Part shown: piece by piece, positions 49,100-58,561 of the stretch
How positions within the stretch are numbered: position 1 is the stretch's first letter
How the letters are laid out: each line of letters begins with the position of its first letter
Source: Armatimonadota bacterium
GTDB lineage: Bacteria; Armatimonadota; UBA5829; DTJY01
Direction of reading: 5' to 3'
DNA length: 64,000 nucleotides
Assembly: GCA_023511795.1 (NCBI GenBank)
Contig: JAIMAU010000012.1
Location: forward strand, 2,008-66,007
Translations under genes and position numbers: made by a program
Notes under the pieces: model-generated
Database searches by the model: none
The model's input: the letters and a program-made list of their open reading frames with translations, nothing else
What the model was told of the DNA's origin: nothing

Positions 49100-50281
49100 C
49101 TAGTGTTTGAGTATATTTGAATAGTAGCTTGAGTAGAAATTGACCACAATTTTTCCAATATAAGCGGCAACTCCTAGAAACAAGAGCACACTGCCGACAA
49201 CGGTCAACTGGACGACGGCAACTTGTGCGTCGCTTTCCACATATTCTGCCACCTTCTCGAGCATCGAGTCCACCCTCCCGCTTTGCTCGCCGGTCCTGAG
49301 CATTTCCAGCGCGGTGGGAGGTATAACGTACGTGCGCTCAAGCGATTCGAAGAGCGTCCTGCCCTGTCTTAGATTGGGAACCGCCTTATTAAGTTTGGAA
49401 GTCAGATAATAATTTCCGGCGGCTTTCGAAGCATGTTCGACGGCTTGCGCCGCTGGTACGCCCGCGGCATAAAGCGCGGCGAGGGCGCGGTAAAATCTTG
49501 CGAGAGCCAACATTCTCACAACGGACCCCACCCTAGGAATGGTGAGCTTAAGCACATCAATCATGTACCTAAAGGACACAATTTGGGTGAGGATTCTAGA
49601 AGCCACCCAAAGGGCTAGCAAGACGATGATAATCGGGACAAGCAAGTTCAGGCACGATTTAATATATTCCCTAAGGCTTCCAAGAATGAGGATAAGAATG
49701 TTGGGAATGAAGATAAGCGCAACAACAAGAATCTTCGGGTAGAAAGTAGCGATGCTGAGCTTTCGACGAACGTTCACCTCGCGCTCCATATATTCGGCGA
49801 TTCTTTCGAGGATTTTGTCGAGGTTTCCGCTTTCTTCAGCGGCGCGCAGGAGGCTTATATGAAGCTCAGGAAAAACCCACGGATAGCGTGAGAAAGAATC
49901 GCTAAGCTTGCCGCCAGATTGGATGAGCGGGAGGACCTCGCGCGCAATTTTTCTTAACACCCAGCTCCCGCCTTGTTTCTGAAGCATGCTAATCGCCTGG
50001 ACAATCGTCATGCCAGAGTTCACCATTGCGGCGAATTGGCGATAAAACACAGCAAGCTGAATAGGAGACGCACTGGCGAAAATTGGATTAACAAACAATC
50101 GAACAAAGAGCGCAAGGGGACTCAAGCCTGCCGCCCTAGGTTCGCTTTCTTTCTGGATATTGAGTATAAAGTAGCCCATTTCACGCAGGCGAGTCGAGGC
50201 TTCGCGTTCGTCGTTCGCATCCATAAAGCCGTCAATCGTTTTGCCAGCTTTATCTTTGACTTTGTACTTAAATAATGTCAT
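49100..50281 (-). CDS. Type II secretion / type IV pilus platform protein (GspF/PilC family), paralogue 2
   Basis: N-terminus MTLFKYKVKDKAGK..G typical of PilC/GspF, two T2SSF-like repeats and three hydrophobic segments. Confidence 0.85.
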   Translation of the reverse strand: MTLFKYKVKDKAGKTIDGFMDANDEREASTRLREMGYFILNIQKESEPRAAGLSPLALFVRLFVNPIFASASPIQLAVFYRQFAAMVNSGMTIVQAISMLQKQGGSWVLRKIAREVLPLIQSGGKLSDSFSRYPWVFPELHISLLRAAEESGNLDKILERIAEYMEREVNVRRKLSIATFYPKILVVALIFIPNILILILGSLREYIKSCLNLLVPIIIVLLALWVASRILTQIVSFRYMIDVLKLTIPRVGSVVRMLALARFYRALAALYAAGVPAAQAVEHASKAAGNYYLTSKLNKAVPNLRQGRTLFESLERTYVIPPTALEMLRTGEQSGRVDSMLEKVAEYVESDAQVAVVQLTVVGSVLLFLGVAAYIGKIVVNFYSSYYSNILKH

Positions 50282-50293
50282 GGCTCTTCCTCA

Positions 50294-51523
50294 TTATTTG
50301 AACAGCCAATCCACCCAGTCAAACATATTGCTATATGTTTGGCTGACAACGCATGCCGAGACGATCCCAAATACAATTAGATTGAAAAGAATGCAAACGT
50401 GCAAGCCAGCCCATTTCACCGCGTTCGCGGCCGCCACCGCCGCTTCCTCATAGTGGACAACGACTTTCTCGAGCATATCTACAATTTGCCCAGTTTGTTC
50501 ACCCATTATCAAGATGCGCTGATGTTTGTCAGTTAAGTAACCAGTTGCGGCGAGGGCTTCGCTTAGCTTCATGCCAGACCGAAGAACGCTGACCTGCTTG
50601 CGCAAATCAGATGCGATGACTTCATTCTCGGCGGCCGCGGATGCCGCTTCCCATGCGGTAATGGGGAGAATGCCTGCCTTCAGGAGACGCCAAAGTATCC
50701 GCGTGAATCCAGCGATTGAGCGGAGCTTACTTGCGTGGCCGGCGATTGGCACCATTAAAAGCAGGGAGTGTCTAACACGTCTCAGGCCAGGGCGGCGGAG
50801 AATAAACAATATACCATAATAGCCGAGAATGATGACCAGCATTATTGGGAGCATGCGCATCCACGTGAAATGCCACCACTTAGCGATTCCCTCGAATACG
50901 TTTGTCACCCCTGGGGAGAATATCATTGGGGGAAGCAGGGCAAAAAGAATCAACCCAAAAGCATTTAACCAGCCAAGCCAGCAACCTATTTTGAAATAAA
51001 AGTTTACCGCTTTGTTAGCAATCTCATAATCATTAGCAATGTCGCCTACTACGATTGGCAGGAAGCCGCCAAGTTCGCCGGCTGCTACTACGCCGATGAC
51101 ATGTGGTGGGAACGCCTTGGGAAACCCTTCCATTGCTTGGCTAAGCTTTTCGCCGGATTGGACGCGGCTCGCCATTCGCTGAGCAATGAAACGAACGCTT
51201 TTCTTCGGGGTTTGATTAGCGATTCTAATAAGAGCTTCGTGAACGCTAACGCCAGCAACTAGAAAAGAAGCTAGACCTCTAAAAAAAACCGCCATCTCAG
51301 ATGGTGGCGCCGTTGTCCGCCGCCTAGGAAAAGAAGCCAAACTAGCTCTTTGAACCTGCTGAGGCGGTTGCGCCTGCTGGCCTGGCGGTTGGACTATCAG
51401 CCTAACTTGAAAGCCCTGAGTGCTCAGACGATGCCGGACCTCTGCTTCGGAAGAGGCATTCATTACACCTCTTAGAATCTTCCCCGACTTATCTGCAACC
51501 TCATATCTAAACAGCGGCATCAA
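50294..51523 (-). CDS. Type II secretion / type IV pilus platform protein (GspF/PilC family), paralogue 1
   Basis: N-terminus MPLFRYEVADKSGK..RG, two T2SSF-like repeats. It overlaps the folK stop by 4 nt. Confidence 0.85.
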   Translation of the reverse strand: MMPLFRYEVADKSGKILRGVMNASSEAEVRHRLSTQGFQVRLIVQPPGQQAQPPQQVQRASLASFPRRRTTAPPSEMAVFFRGLASFLVAGVSVHEALIRIANQTPKKSVRFIAQRMASRVQSGEKLSQAMEGFPKAFPPHVIGVVAAGELGGFLPIVVGDIANDYEIANKAVNFYFKIGCWLGWLNAFGLILFALLPPMIFSPGVTNVFEGIAKWWHFTWMRMLPIMLVIILGYYGILFILRRPGLRRVRHSLLLMVPIAGHASKLRSIAGFTRILWRLLKAGILPITAWEAASAAAENEVIASDLRKQVSVLRSGMKLSEALAATGYLTDKHQRILIMGEQTGQIVDMLEKVVVHYEEAAVAAANAVKWAGLHVCILFNLIVFGIVSACVVSQTYSNMFDWVDWLFK

Positions 51524-52008
51524 CGGACCTCCGAAAGCTTGCGCACGCTTTGATTCTTCAACTCCTTGAGGACGTCGTTTGGAGTGCGTCCGTCGGGCAA
51601 CGCAAGGTCGGGTGCAATTTCCGCAAGCGGCGCCATTACGAACGCCCGCTCAGTCATGCGCGGGTGTGGTATAACAAGCTCGTCCGTGTTCACTCTGACA
51701 TTATTATATAAAAGAATATCGATGTCTATTATTCTTGGTCCCCATTTGAAATTGCGTACTCTCCCCATCTCCCGCTCAATTTTCAATACGACGTCGAGCA
51801 GTTCCTTTGGCGACAGGTCTGTTTCAATGGCGGCGACAGCATTCACGAAGTCTGGCTGGTCTCGAAAGCCGACGGGTGCAGTTAGGTAAAAGGAGGAGAC
51901 GGCGCGAACTTTCACCTCAGGCTGTGATTCGAGTTTGTTGAGAGCCATACGGATGTTGGCCTCTCTATCGCCAAGGTTCGACCCGAGTCCAAGGAAAACG
52001 GTCGCCAA
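51520..52008 (-). CDS. folK: 2-amino-4-hydroxy-6-hydroxymethyldihydropteridine diphosphokinase
   Basis: Motifs LGLGSNLGDR, RWGPRIIDIDILLY and PHPRM. TTG start after GGAG. Confidence 0.9.
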   Translation of the reverse strand: MATVFLGLGSNLGDREANIRMALNKLESQPEVKVRAVSSFYLTAPVGFRDQPDFVNAVAAIETDLSPKELLDVVLKIEREMGRVRNFKWGPRIIDIDILLYNNVRVNTDELVIPHPRMTERAFVMAPLAEIAPDLALPDGRTPNDVLKELKNQSVRKLSEVR

Positions 52009-52146
52009 GATTTCCGCTCCTCTCGACTAATCAACAGCAAGATGATATAGTATATCTACTTTCGCGGCAGATAAAAGTATTATAGCGAACAGCAAGTCTA
52101 GATGTCCACGAAAAAGAAAGAGCAGGCGGAATCTGCGAAATAATTA

Positions 52147-54051
52147 ATGAAAAGGATAATCATCGGCACAGCTGGACACGTAGACCACGGAAAAACCACG
52201 CTCATCAAGGCGCTAACGGGCATAGACACTGACCGCCTCAAAGAAGAGAAAGAGCGCGGGATGACGATTGACCTTGGATTCGCGATGCTCAATCTCCCAA
52301 ATGGCTTGCGAGTTGGCATCGTTGACGTTCCTGGGCACGAGCGGTTCATCAAGAACATGCTTGCGGGCGCTGGCGGAGTTGACGTTGCGCTCATGGTAAT
52401 CGCCGCAAATGAATCCGTTATGCCGCAGACCATGGAACACCTCGATATTCTCCGCCTTCTTGATGTGAAGCACGGCGTAATTGCGCTCACAAAGGTTGAC
52501 CTTGTCGAGCCTGAGTTCCTCGAAATTGTAAAGGAAGACATCTGCAGTCGGCTGGCGAACACTTTTCTCGAAGACGCTCAGATTATACCTGTCTCTGTGA
52601 TGACCAATGTTGGAATCCCCGAACTTCTTTCAGCGCTGGAGGACGTTTGCAGTCGTGTGCCGCAACGGGATTCCCTTGGTCCGTTTCGCGTGCCTATTGA
52701 CCGCGTTTTCACAGTAACAGGGTTCGGCACGGTCGTCACGGGGACGCTTGTATCGGGCACGGTTAGGACAGGCGATGCCGCTGAAATTCTCCCAAAGGGA
52801 ATTAACACAAGGATTCGCGGCATCCAGGTTCACGGACAAAAAGTGGAGGCGGCAGAAGCAGGAAGCAGGGTTGCGCTGAATCTCGCTGGGGTTGAACTTC
52901 CGGACATCGAGCGCGGCGACGTTTGCGCGACCCCTGGGATTTTAAAGGCTTCCAAGTTGCTTGACCTAAAGCTGACTCTCCTAAAGAACATCCCAAAGCC
53001 GCTTGCAAATAGAGCGCGCGTGAGGTTTCATATTGGAACGGCGGAAGTAATTGGGAGGATTGTTCTTCTTGACCGCGATGAGGTCGGGGCAGGCGAAGAA
53101 GCATTCGCCCAGTTTAGAGCGGAGACTCCTGTAGTAGCAATGAAAAATGACCGCTTTGTAATCCGCACTTATTCACCAATGCTTACAATCGGCGGAGGAA
53201 TTATCATTGAATCGTCAGCACGAAGGCACAAACGCTTTGACGAGTCAGTTATTGCACTGCTTGAAGAAACCAGCTCCGGTACACCATTTGCGACGATTGA
53301 GCAAATTCTCAAGCGTGCCGACGCTGGAATAACCCCTGCAGAAATAATTAAGAGTTCTGAACTTACATCTCTAGACATTCAGGAACTGCTAGAAAAACTG
53401 AAAGCCGCTGGTCATGTCATTGAGCTTGAAAGCGGACGCCTATTTCATGCCTCGGTCATTGCCTCATATGCCGATAAGATTTACAAATCGCTTGTTGATT
53501 ACCATTCTCGCCACGCGCTTAAACTAGGAATGCAAAAGGAAGAGCTCCGAAGAACCGCATGTAAACTTCTTGACAACAAAACATTTACGGCTCTTCTCAC
53601 CAAACTCATGAACGAAGGGAAAATAAATATGTCGGAGGCACTAATCTCGCTGCCCGACTATTCGCCAAAGCTCAACTCCAAACAGCAGGCGGCTTGTGAA
53701 TTCATTATTTCAGAACTACGGCGCACAGGTTTGAACGCTCCCTCAGACGATGAACTTCTTCAAGGAACTGGACTGCCGATTGTGGAAGCAAAGGAGATAA
53801 TGGAACTGCTCGTACACCGGGGTGAGGTCATAAAGATTACCGATGGGCTTTACCTTCATCCGTCGGTTGTTAGCCAAGCAGAAAAGCTTATTCGCGAATA
53901 CCTTGAGAAGAATGGCAAGCTGACTGTTGCCCAAGCGCGTGATATCCTTGGCTCATCGCGGAAGTATATTATTCCGTTAATGGAATACTTTGACAAAAAG
54001 CGCATTACGCGCCGCCTTGGCGACGAGAGGATACTTTTAAAGGAAGCGTAG
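52147..54051 (+). CDS. selB: Selenocysteine-specific elongation factor SelB
   Basis: G-domain [15 protein letters not shown]...[19 protein letters not shown] is typical of SelB. EF-Tu-like domains II/III follow, then a long C-terminal winged-helix extension; 634 aa. Confidence 0.9.
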   Translation: MKRIIIGTAGHVDHGKTTLIKALTGIDTDRLKEEKERGMTIDLGFAMLNLPNGLRVGIVDVPGHERFIKNMLAGAGGVDVALMVIAANESVMPQTMEHLDILRLLDVKHGVIALTKVDLVEPEFLEIVKEDICSRLANTFLEDAQIIPVSVMTNVGIPELLSALEDVCSRVPQRDSLGPFRVPIDRVFTVTGFGTVVTGTLVSGTVRTGDAAEILPKGINTRIRGIQVHGQKVEAAEAGSRVALNLAGVELPDIERGDVCATPGILKASKLLDLKLTLLKNIPKPLANRARVRFHIGTAEVIGRIVLLDRDEVGAGEEAFAQFRAETPVVAMKNDRFVIRTYSPMLTIGGGIIIESSARRHKRFDESVIALLEETSSGTPFATIEQILKRADAGITPAEIIKSSELTSLDIQELLEKLKAAGHVIELESGRLFHASVIASYADKIYKSLVDYHSRHALKLGMQKEELRRTACKLLDNKTFTALLTKLMNEGKINMSEALISLPDYSPKLNSKQQAACEFIISELRRTGLNAPSDDELLQGTGLPIVEAKEIMELLVHRGEVIKITDGLYLHPSVVSQAEKLIREYLEKNGKLTVAQARDILGSSRKYIIPLMEYFDKKRITRRLGDERILLKEA

Positions 54052-55078
54052 ATTCGAATTCTTTCAATTCTTTCTCGGTCTTTGGCGGCTTGATTTTGCC
54101 TTCAATAATCGCCTGTTTGAGCTCCTCAATCATATCCATCGTGCCAGGCGGAAGAACTTGTTTTGTATACTTCATTGGGCTCAGGCCGACTCCACCCTCT
54201 TTTAACCCCAGGATACGATCGCCTGGCTTAAAAGTATGCATGACAACTGACTTGCAAGTTGAGTAAACAGCATTATCCACGCGCTTCATCATGCTCGTGA
54301 GTACTCTTCCTGGCGCAATATAATCCTGGTCTGCATCTACACCAATTGCAAAAAAGCCCTGCCCCTTTAGCTTTGCTGCCTCAATTACACCAAGGCCACA
54401 AGACCCAGAAGCATGAAAAACAATATCTGCACCCCTACCGAACTGCGAAAGTGCAAGCTCCTTGCCGCGTGCGGGATCATCCCACCTTCCCGTGTAAGCT
54501 GTAAAGACCTTTATGCCCGGGTGCGTAGCCATTGCGCCAGCTTTGTAGCCACACTCAAAGCGCTTTATTAGCGGTACTTCCATTCCACCCACGAACCCAA
54601 TTTTTCCCGTCTTCGTAACCATTCCTGCCAATGCCCCAGCCAGAAAACAGCCTTCCTCTTCGCGAAACTTGAGCGCTACTGCATTTGAGGTATTAGGTGC
54701 ATTTCCATCGATGATTGCGAACTTAGTTTTAGGGAATTTTGGCGCAACTTGGGCAAGAGCATCCTCCATTAGGAATCCAACTGCAAAGATTATGTCATAC
54801 CCTTGTTCTGCGAACTTCCGAAGGTTTGGTGCATAATCAGCTTGTTCCTTTGATTCCAGAAACTTTATTTCTATTCCAAAATCTTTTCCAGCTCTTTGAA
54901 GACCTTCCCAAGCCATTGCATTGAATGACATATCGCCAATGCCGCCAACATCAGTAACCACTGCGGCCTTTAGTTTGCCTTCCGAGGGAGCTTGTTTGGG
55001 TTTTGAACAACCGGAAACACAAAATAAGAAGAAGAGCAAAATTAGAAGAGGTATAGTGAAAATAGTCCAACGACTCAT
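54005..55078 (-). CDS. BMP-family (PnrA/Med-like) ABC substrate-binding lipoprotein
   Basis: Signal peptide with lipobox VSGC, and the motif VTDVGGIGDMSFNAMAWEGL typical of BMP-family nucleoside/sugar binders. Confidence 0.85.
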   Translation of the reverse strand: MSRWTIFTIPLLILLFFLFCVSGCSKPKQAPSEGKLKAAVVTDVGGIGDMSFNAMAWEGLQRAGKDFGIEIKFLESKEQADYAPNLRKFAEQGYDIIFAVGFLMEDALAQVAPKFPKTKFAIIDGNAPNTSNAVALKFREEEGCFLAGALAGMVTKTGKIGFVGGMEVPLIKRFECGYKAGAMATHPGIKVFTAYTGRWDDPARGKELALSQFGRGADIVFHASGSCGLGVIEAAKLKGQGFFAIGVDADQDYIAPGRVLTSMMKRVDNAVYSTCKSVVMHTFKPGDRILGLKEGGVGLSPMKYTKQVLPPGTMDMIEELKQAIIEGKIKPPKTEKELKEFESTLPLKVSSRRQGGA

Positions 55079-55141
55079 ATATCACCCCGCAAGCCGAATA
55101 TCCAAATAGAATATTCGACTCGCATCGAGGGCAAACCTTCA

Positions 55142-56707
55142 CTATCCTTTGTGCAGTGATTCGCCATCTGCATCTAAAGCGGCTTCTTTAACAACTTCCG
55201 AGAGGGTTGGATGAGCATGAACCGCGCGCCCGATTACGTCAATCGTTGCCTCTGCTTCCATTCCGATTACTACTTCGTGGATTAAATCGGTTGCATGAGG
55301 GCCAATCATGTGGCAACCAAGAACCTCACCATATTTAGCATCCGTGATAAACTTGACGAATCCAGTTGTTTCACCTAGCCCCAAAGCTTTTCCGTTCGCT
55401 CGGAAGTAAAACTTGCCAACGCGGTAGTTAATCTCTGCGCGCTTGGCTTGGTCTTCAGTCATTCCTACCCCTGCGACTTCAGGATTGGTGTAGACTGCGG
55501 AGGGCACCGTGTTGTATTTCATCTTGCTTGACCTGCCCATTATGTTCTCAGCGGCAACGATGCCCTCTTCCGACGCCTTATGTGCAAGCATCATTCCACC
55601 AACTGCATCGCCAATCGCATAAATTCGCGGGATGTTGGTCTGCATGCGCTCATCCACTTTAATCCCCTTCTGGTCGAAGGCAACGCCGACCTCCTCCAAC
55701 CCAAGGTTCTCCGTGATAGGTCGGCGTCCGACTGCTACCAGTAGTTTATCGGCAATAATCTGTTGCTGAGATTCCGAAGAAACAACAGTAGCGAGAACCT
55801 GGTTATCCCTTTCCTCTACCTGTGAAACGCGAGAATCGGTAAGGATTCGAATGCCTATCTTTTCTAGGGACTTTCTAAGCTCCTCTGCAACCTCAGAGTC
55901 ACCACCAGGGAGAATTTGAGGCATCAGCTCTACAATCGTAACCTCCGAGCCGAATTTGCGGAACATATAACCCCATTCAAGGCCTATTGCACCACCGCCA
56001 ATGATGAGGAGGCTACCAGGAAGTTCGGTAGCCGCAAGGGCGTCATCGCTATCCCAAATGTTCTTGCCTTGCAGACCAGGAATTGGAAGCTGAACAGGCT
56101 CAGAGCCGGTTGCGATAATAATACTTTGCCCAGCGATTTTTTCTTTTTTGCCGTCTTCGAATGTTACCTCAACGGTAGTGCGAGAAGCGAGGCGCGCAGT
56201 TCCTTTTACCACACGAATGCTATGCTTTTTCATTAGGAAATGCAAGCCAGAAACCAACTGCTTGACGACTTTTTCTCTGCGTTCTACAACCTTTTTGTAA
56301 TCCAACGAAACCGTGTTCACCGTAAAACCAAACTCTGAACCGCCGCGGAGGGCAAGGTCATAAGCGTTGGCACTCGACAGCATAGCTTTTGTAGGAATGC
56401 AGCCCTTGTTTAGGCAGACGCCTCCCAGTTCATTCTTTTCTATAAGAACAACTTTGCCGCCTAGCTGTGCCGCGCGAATTGCCGCTACATATCCACCTGG
56501 GCCGCCGCCAATAATTACTACATCAGCTGAAACTGGAAACGGCTGGTTCATCATTTCCTCGACCTGCTGAATTAGATGCTCACTATTTTTCGTTTCCATA
56601 TCTAGTTGGGGCAAAAATGAAGCGAAAACAGCGGAGGCAGGTTCGCGAACAATGCCGGCGGCAGAAATCCCTTTTATGCTCGTTGTGTATTTTTCCAAAT
56701 CCTCCAT
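55142..56707 (-). CDS. lpdA: Dihydrolipoyl dehydrogenase (E3) with ~50-aa N-terminal extension
   Basis: FAD motif IIGGGPGGY, redox-active disulfide GGVCLNKGCIPTK, NAD motif GGGAIGLE, and a C-terminal HAHPTLSE interface. The ATG at 56707 lies 8 nt after GGAGG; the track start is GTG at 56716. Confidence 0.9.
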   Translation of the reverse strand: MEDLEKYTTSIKGISAAGIVREPASAVFASFLPQLDMETKNSEHLIQQVEEMMNQPFPVSADVVIIGGGPGGYVAAIRAAQLGGKVVLIEKNELGGVCLNKGCIPTKAMLSSANAYDLALRGGSEFGFTVNTVSLDYKKVVERREKVVKQLVSGLHFLMKKHSIRVVKGTARLASRTTVEVTFEDGKKEKIAGQSIIIATGSEPVQLPIPGLQGKNIWDSDDALAATELPGSLLIIGGGAIGLEWGYMFRKFGSEVTIVELMPQILPGGDSEVAEELRKSLEKIGIRILTDSRVSQVEERDNQVLATVVSSESQQQIIADKLLVAVGRRPITENLGLEEVGVAFDQKGIKVDERMQTNIPRIYAIGDAVGGMMLAHKASEEGIVAAENIMGRSSKMKYNTVPSAVYTNPEVAGVGMTEDQAKRAEINYRVGKFYFRANGKALGLGETTGFVKFITDAKYGEVLGCHMIGPHATDLIHEVVIGMEAEATIDVIGRAVHAHPTLSEVVKEAALDADGESLHKG

Positions 56708-56981
56708 GCCCTCCACCTCCGGTAAGCGTCTTAATGTAATTATGACCCGCTTTGTCGCGGGTCAACCGTCCCGGGCATGTTTTTTAAAATGCCGTCTTAC
56801 TTTAGCAGAACGGTCCCTTATATGTCAATTGAAGATTCTACCGCCAATTTGCTAATTAATAGTAGTGCAGAGAAAGATTATGGCTAGCCGCAAATCAAGA
56901 TAAAAACGTATTGCAAAGTTTCAAGCAAAACAAAAATAATATTTCGACCTAGTCAATAAAACTTCATAATGTTTTTAGCGG

Positions 56982-58178
56982 CTAATTATCAACCTTTCGC
57001 ACCATATTGTGGCCAGGGACAATTTTACCAAGGATGACGTGGTGCTTTGCTCCAGTTGCGGATGGCACGTTCGAAGGCTGAAGATGGATAGCTTCGCTTG
57101 CCAATAAAGCGACTGAGAGGGCTTCCTTTGCCTTGTTATTGATACCAAAGTCTTCATGGGTCATAACTTTTACCCCTCGCAATCCTTCCGCAAGCATTCT
57201 CATAAGCGTTGGATTCTCTGCACCCCTACCACCAACAATCAATTCATCTGGCAGTTTTGGAAGCCATTTGTGGTAGCTGTGAATTATGGTACGGGCGACA
57301 AATGCTGTAACCGTAGCAACAAGATCCTCAATGGGCAAGCTTCCAAACTCCTTGAGAATTACCCCTGCGAATTCTCGCCCAAAATCGCCTGGGCTTGCAG
57401 CCTTTGGAGGACGCTTTTTAAGAAATGGATGGTCTAGAATTCGCCCCAGCATAACCTTGTCAATTTTGCCATTTGCTGCAAGCGTGCCTCCCGCATCATA
57501 GCTGAGCTTACCATCCGTTGCTTTGTAGACCACTTCATCTATAAGGGTGCTTCCTGGTCCTGTAACAAATCCGATTACATCATTCAGCCCTGTTCTGCCA
57601 GGAAGGTAGGTAATACTGCCCTTGTCTCCTATTTGCTGAACCGCTCTACCTCTATTTGCCATATGAAACAAGATGTAATCTGAATATGCCATTAGTGGTT
57701 CGCCCTGGCCCCCAGCCGCCATGTCAGCTGCTTGAAAGTTAGCAACAACAGTAACGCCTGTTCGATTGGCAATCACAGCCGGTTCGCCAATATTCAAAAC
57801 CGAGACTGCCCACATTCCTCCAATTTCTACTTGCTGAGTCTGATGAATTATGGTTTGGCCATGCGAGCCGATTAAATCAATTTGGGACACTGATAATCCA
57901 TTTTGCTTTGCTAAATCAACAGCAAACGCGGCAAAAAGCTCTCCAAGTACAAAACTAAGCGCTGAGATTGAATCTATGTTGCCAACCAATGAGTTGGACT
58001 GCTGAGAAATGACTTCTCTGATTCGTGCGTGGTAAGGATAGTATTTGTAATCGAGAAATCGAAGCCGAGAGTCTAGCCCAAAACCCTCAATTTCAACAAG
58101 CGCGGCGTCTACCCCGGCACCCGATGCGGCCGGCATCAAGCCAATAACCTTAAGTGTATCCTGACCATTTATTTCCAT
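56982..58178 (-). CDS. anmK: Anhydro-N-acetylmuramic acid kinase
   Basis: N-terminus IGLMPAASGAGVDAALVE (the GLMSGTS.DG.D-like motif), 398 aa, with an AnmK-typical GGRGAENPTLM segment. Confidence 0.8.
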   Translation of the reverse strand: MEINGQDTLKVIGLMPAASGAGVDAALVEIEGFGLDSRLRFLDYKYYPYHARIREVISQQSNSLVGNIDSISALSFVLGELFAAFAVDLAKQNGLSVSQIDLIGSHGQTIIHQTQQVEIGGMWAVSVLNIGEPAVIANRTGVTVVANFQAADMAAGGQGEPLMAYSDYILFHMANRGRAVQQIGDKGSITYLPGRTGLNDVIGFVTGPGSTLIDEVVYKATDGKLSYDAGGTLAANGKIDKVMLGRILDHPFLKKRPPKAASPGDFGREFAGVILKEFGSLPIEDLVATVTAFVARTIIHSYHKWLPKLPDELIVGGRGAENPTLMRMLAEGLRGVKVMTHEDFGINNKAKEALSVALLASEAIHLQPSNVPSATGAKHHVILGKIVPGHNMVRKVDN

Positions 58179-58217
58179 AGCCCACCTCGCATATTGCCCA
58201 TTGGAGCACCTGGTTTA

Positions 58218-58246
58218 TTGTCTTAATAAGCTTATTTTGGTATAAT
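58218..58246 (+). promoter_or_regulatory. Candidate promoter for the zinc-ribbon gene
   Basis: TTGTCT-17 nt-TATAAT with a TGG extended -10. Confidence 0.4.
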
Positions 58247-58294
58247 TCCAGTGGAAAAATTGTGCAATTTTTATCTTTATAGAGAGGTGATGCT

Positions 58295-58561
58295 ATGCCA
58301 ACGTACGGTTACGAATGCACGAGATGCGGTTACCGATTTGAAGTCTTCCAAAGAATAACCGACGAGCCCATCACCGAATGTGAAAAATGCAATGGTGAAG
58401 TTCGCAAGCTCTTCTTTCCGGTAGGCATAGTTTTTAAAGGCACAGGGTTTCATGTCACAGACTACAGGAAACCTGACAAGAAAGATGGTGACGGGCGCAA
58501 ACCCGAATTTTCTCTCCCGTCAGATACCTCTTCGGAGAAGGCGGAATCTACAACATCCTAA
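58295..58561 (+). CDS. FmdB-family zinc-ribbon protein
   Basis: MPTYGYECTRCGYRFEV...CEKCNG carries two CxxC pairs, the classic FmdB N-terminus. Confidence 0.8.
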   Translation: MPTYGYECTRCGYRFEVFQRITDEPITECEKCNGEVRKLFFPVGIVFKGTGFHVTDYRKPDKKDGDGRKPEFSLPSDTSSEKAESTTS

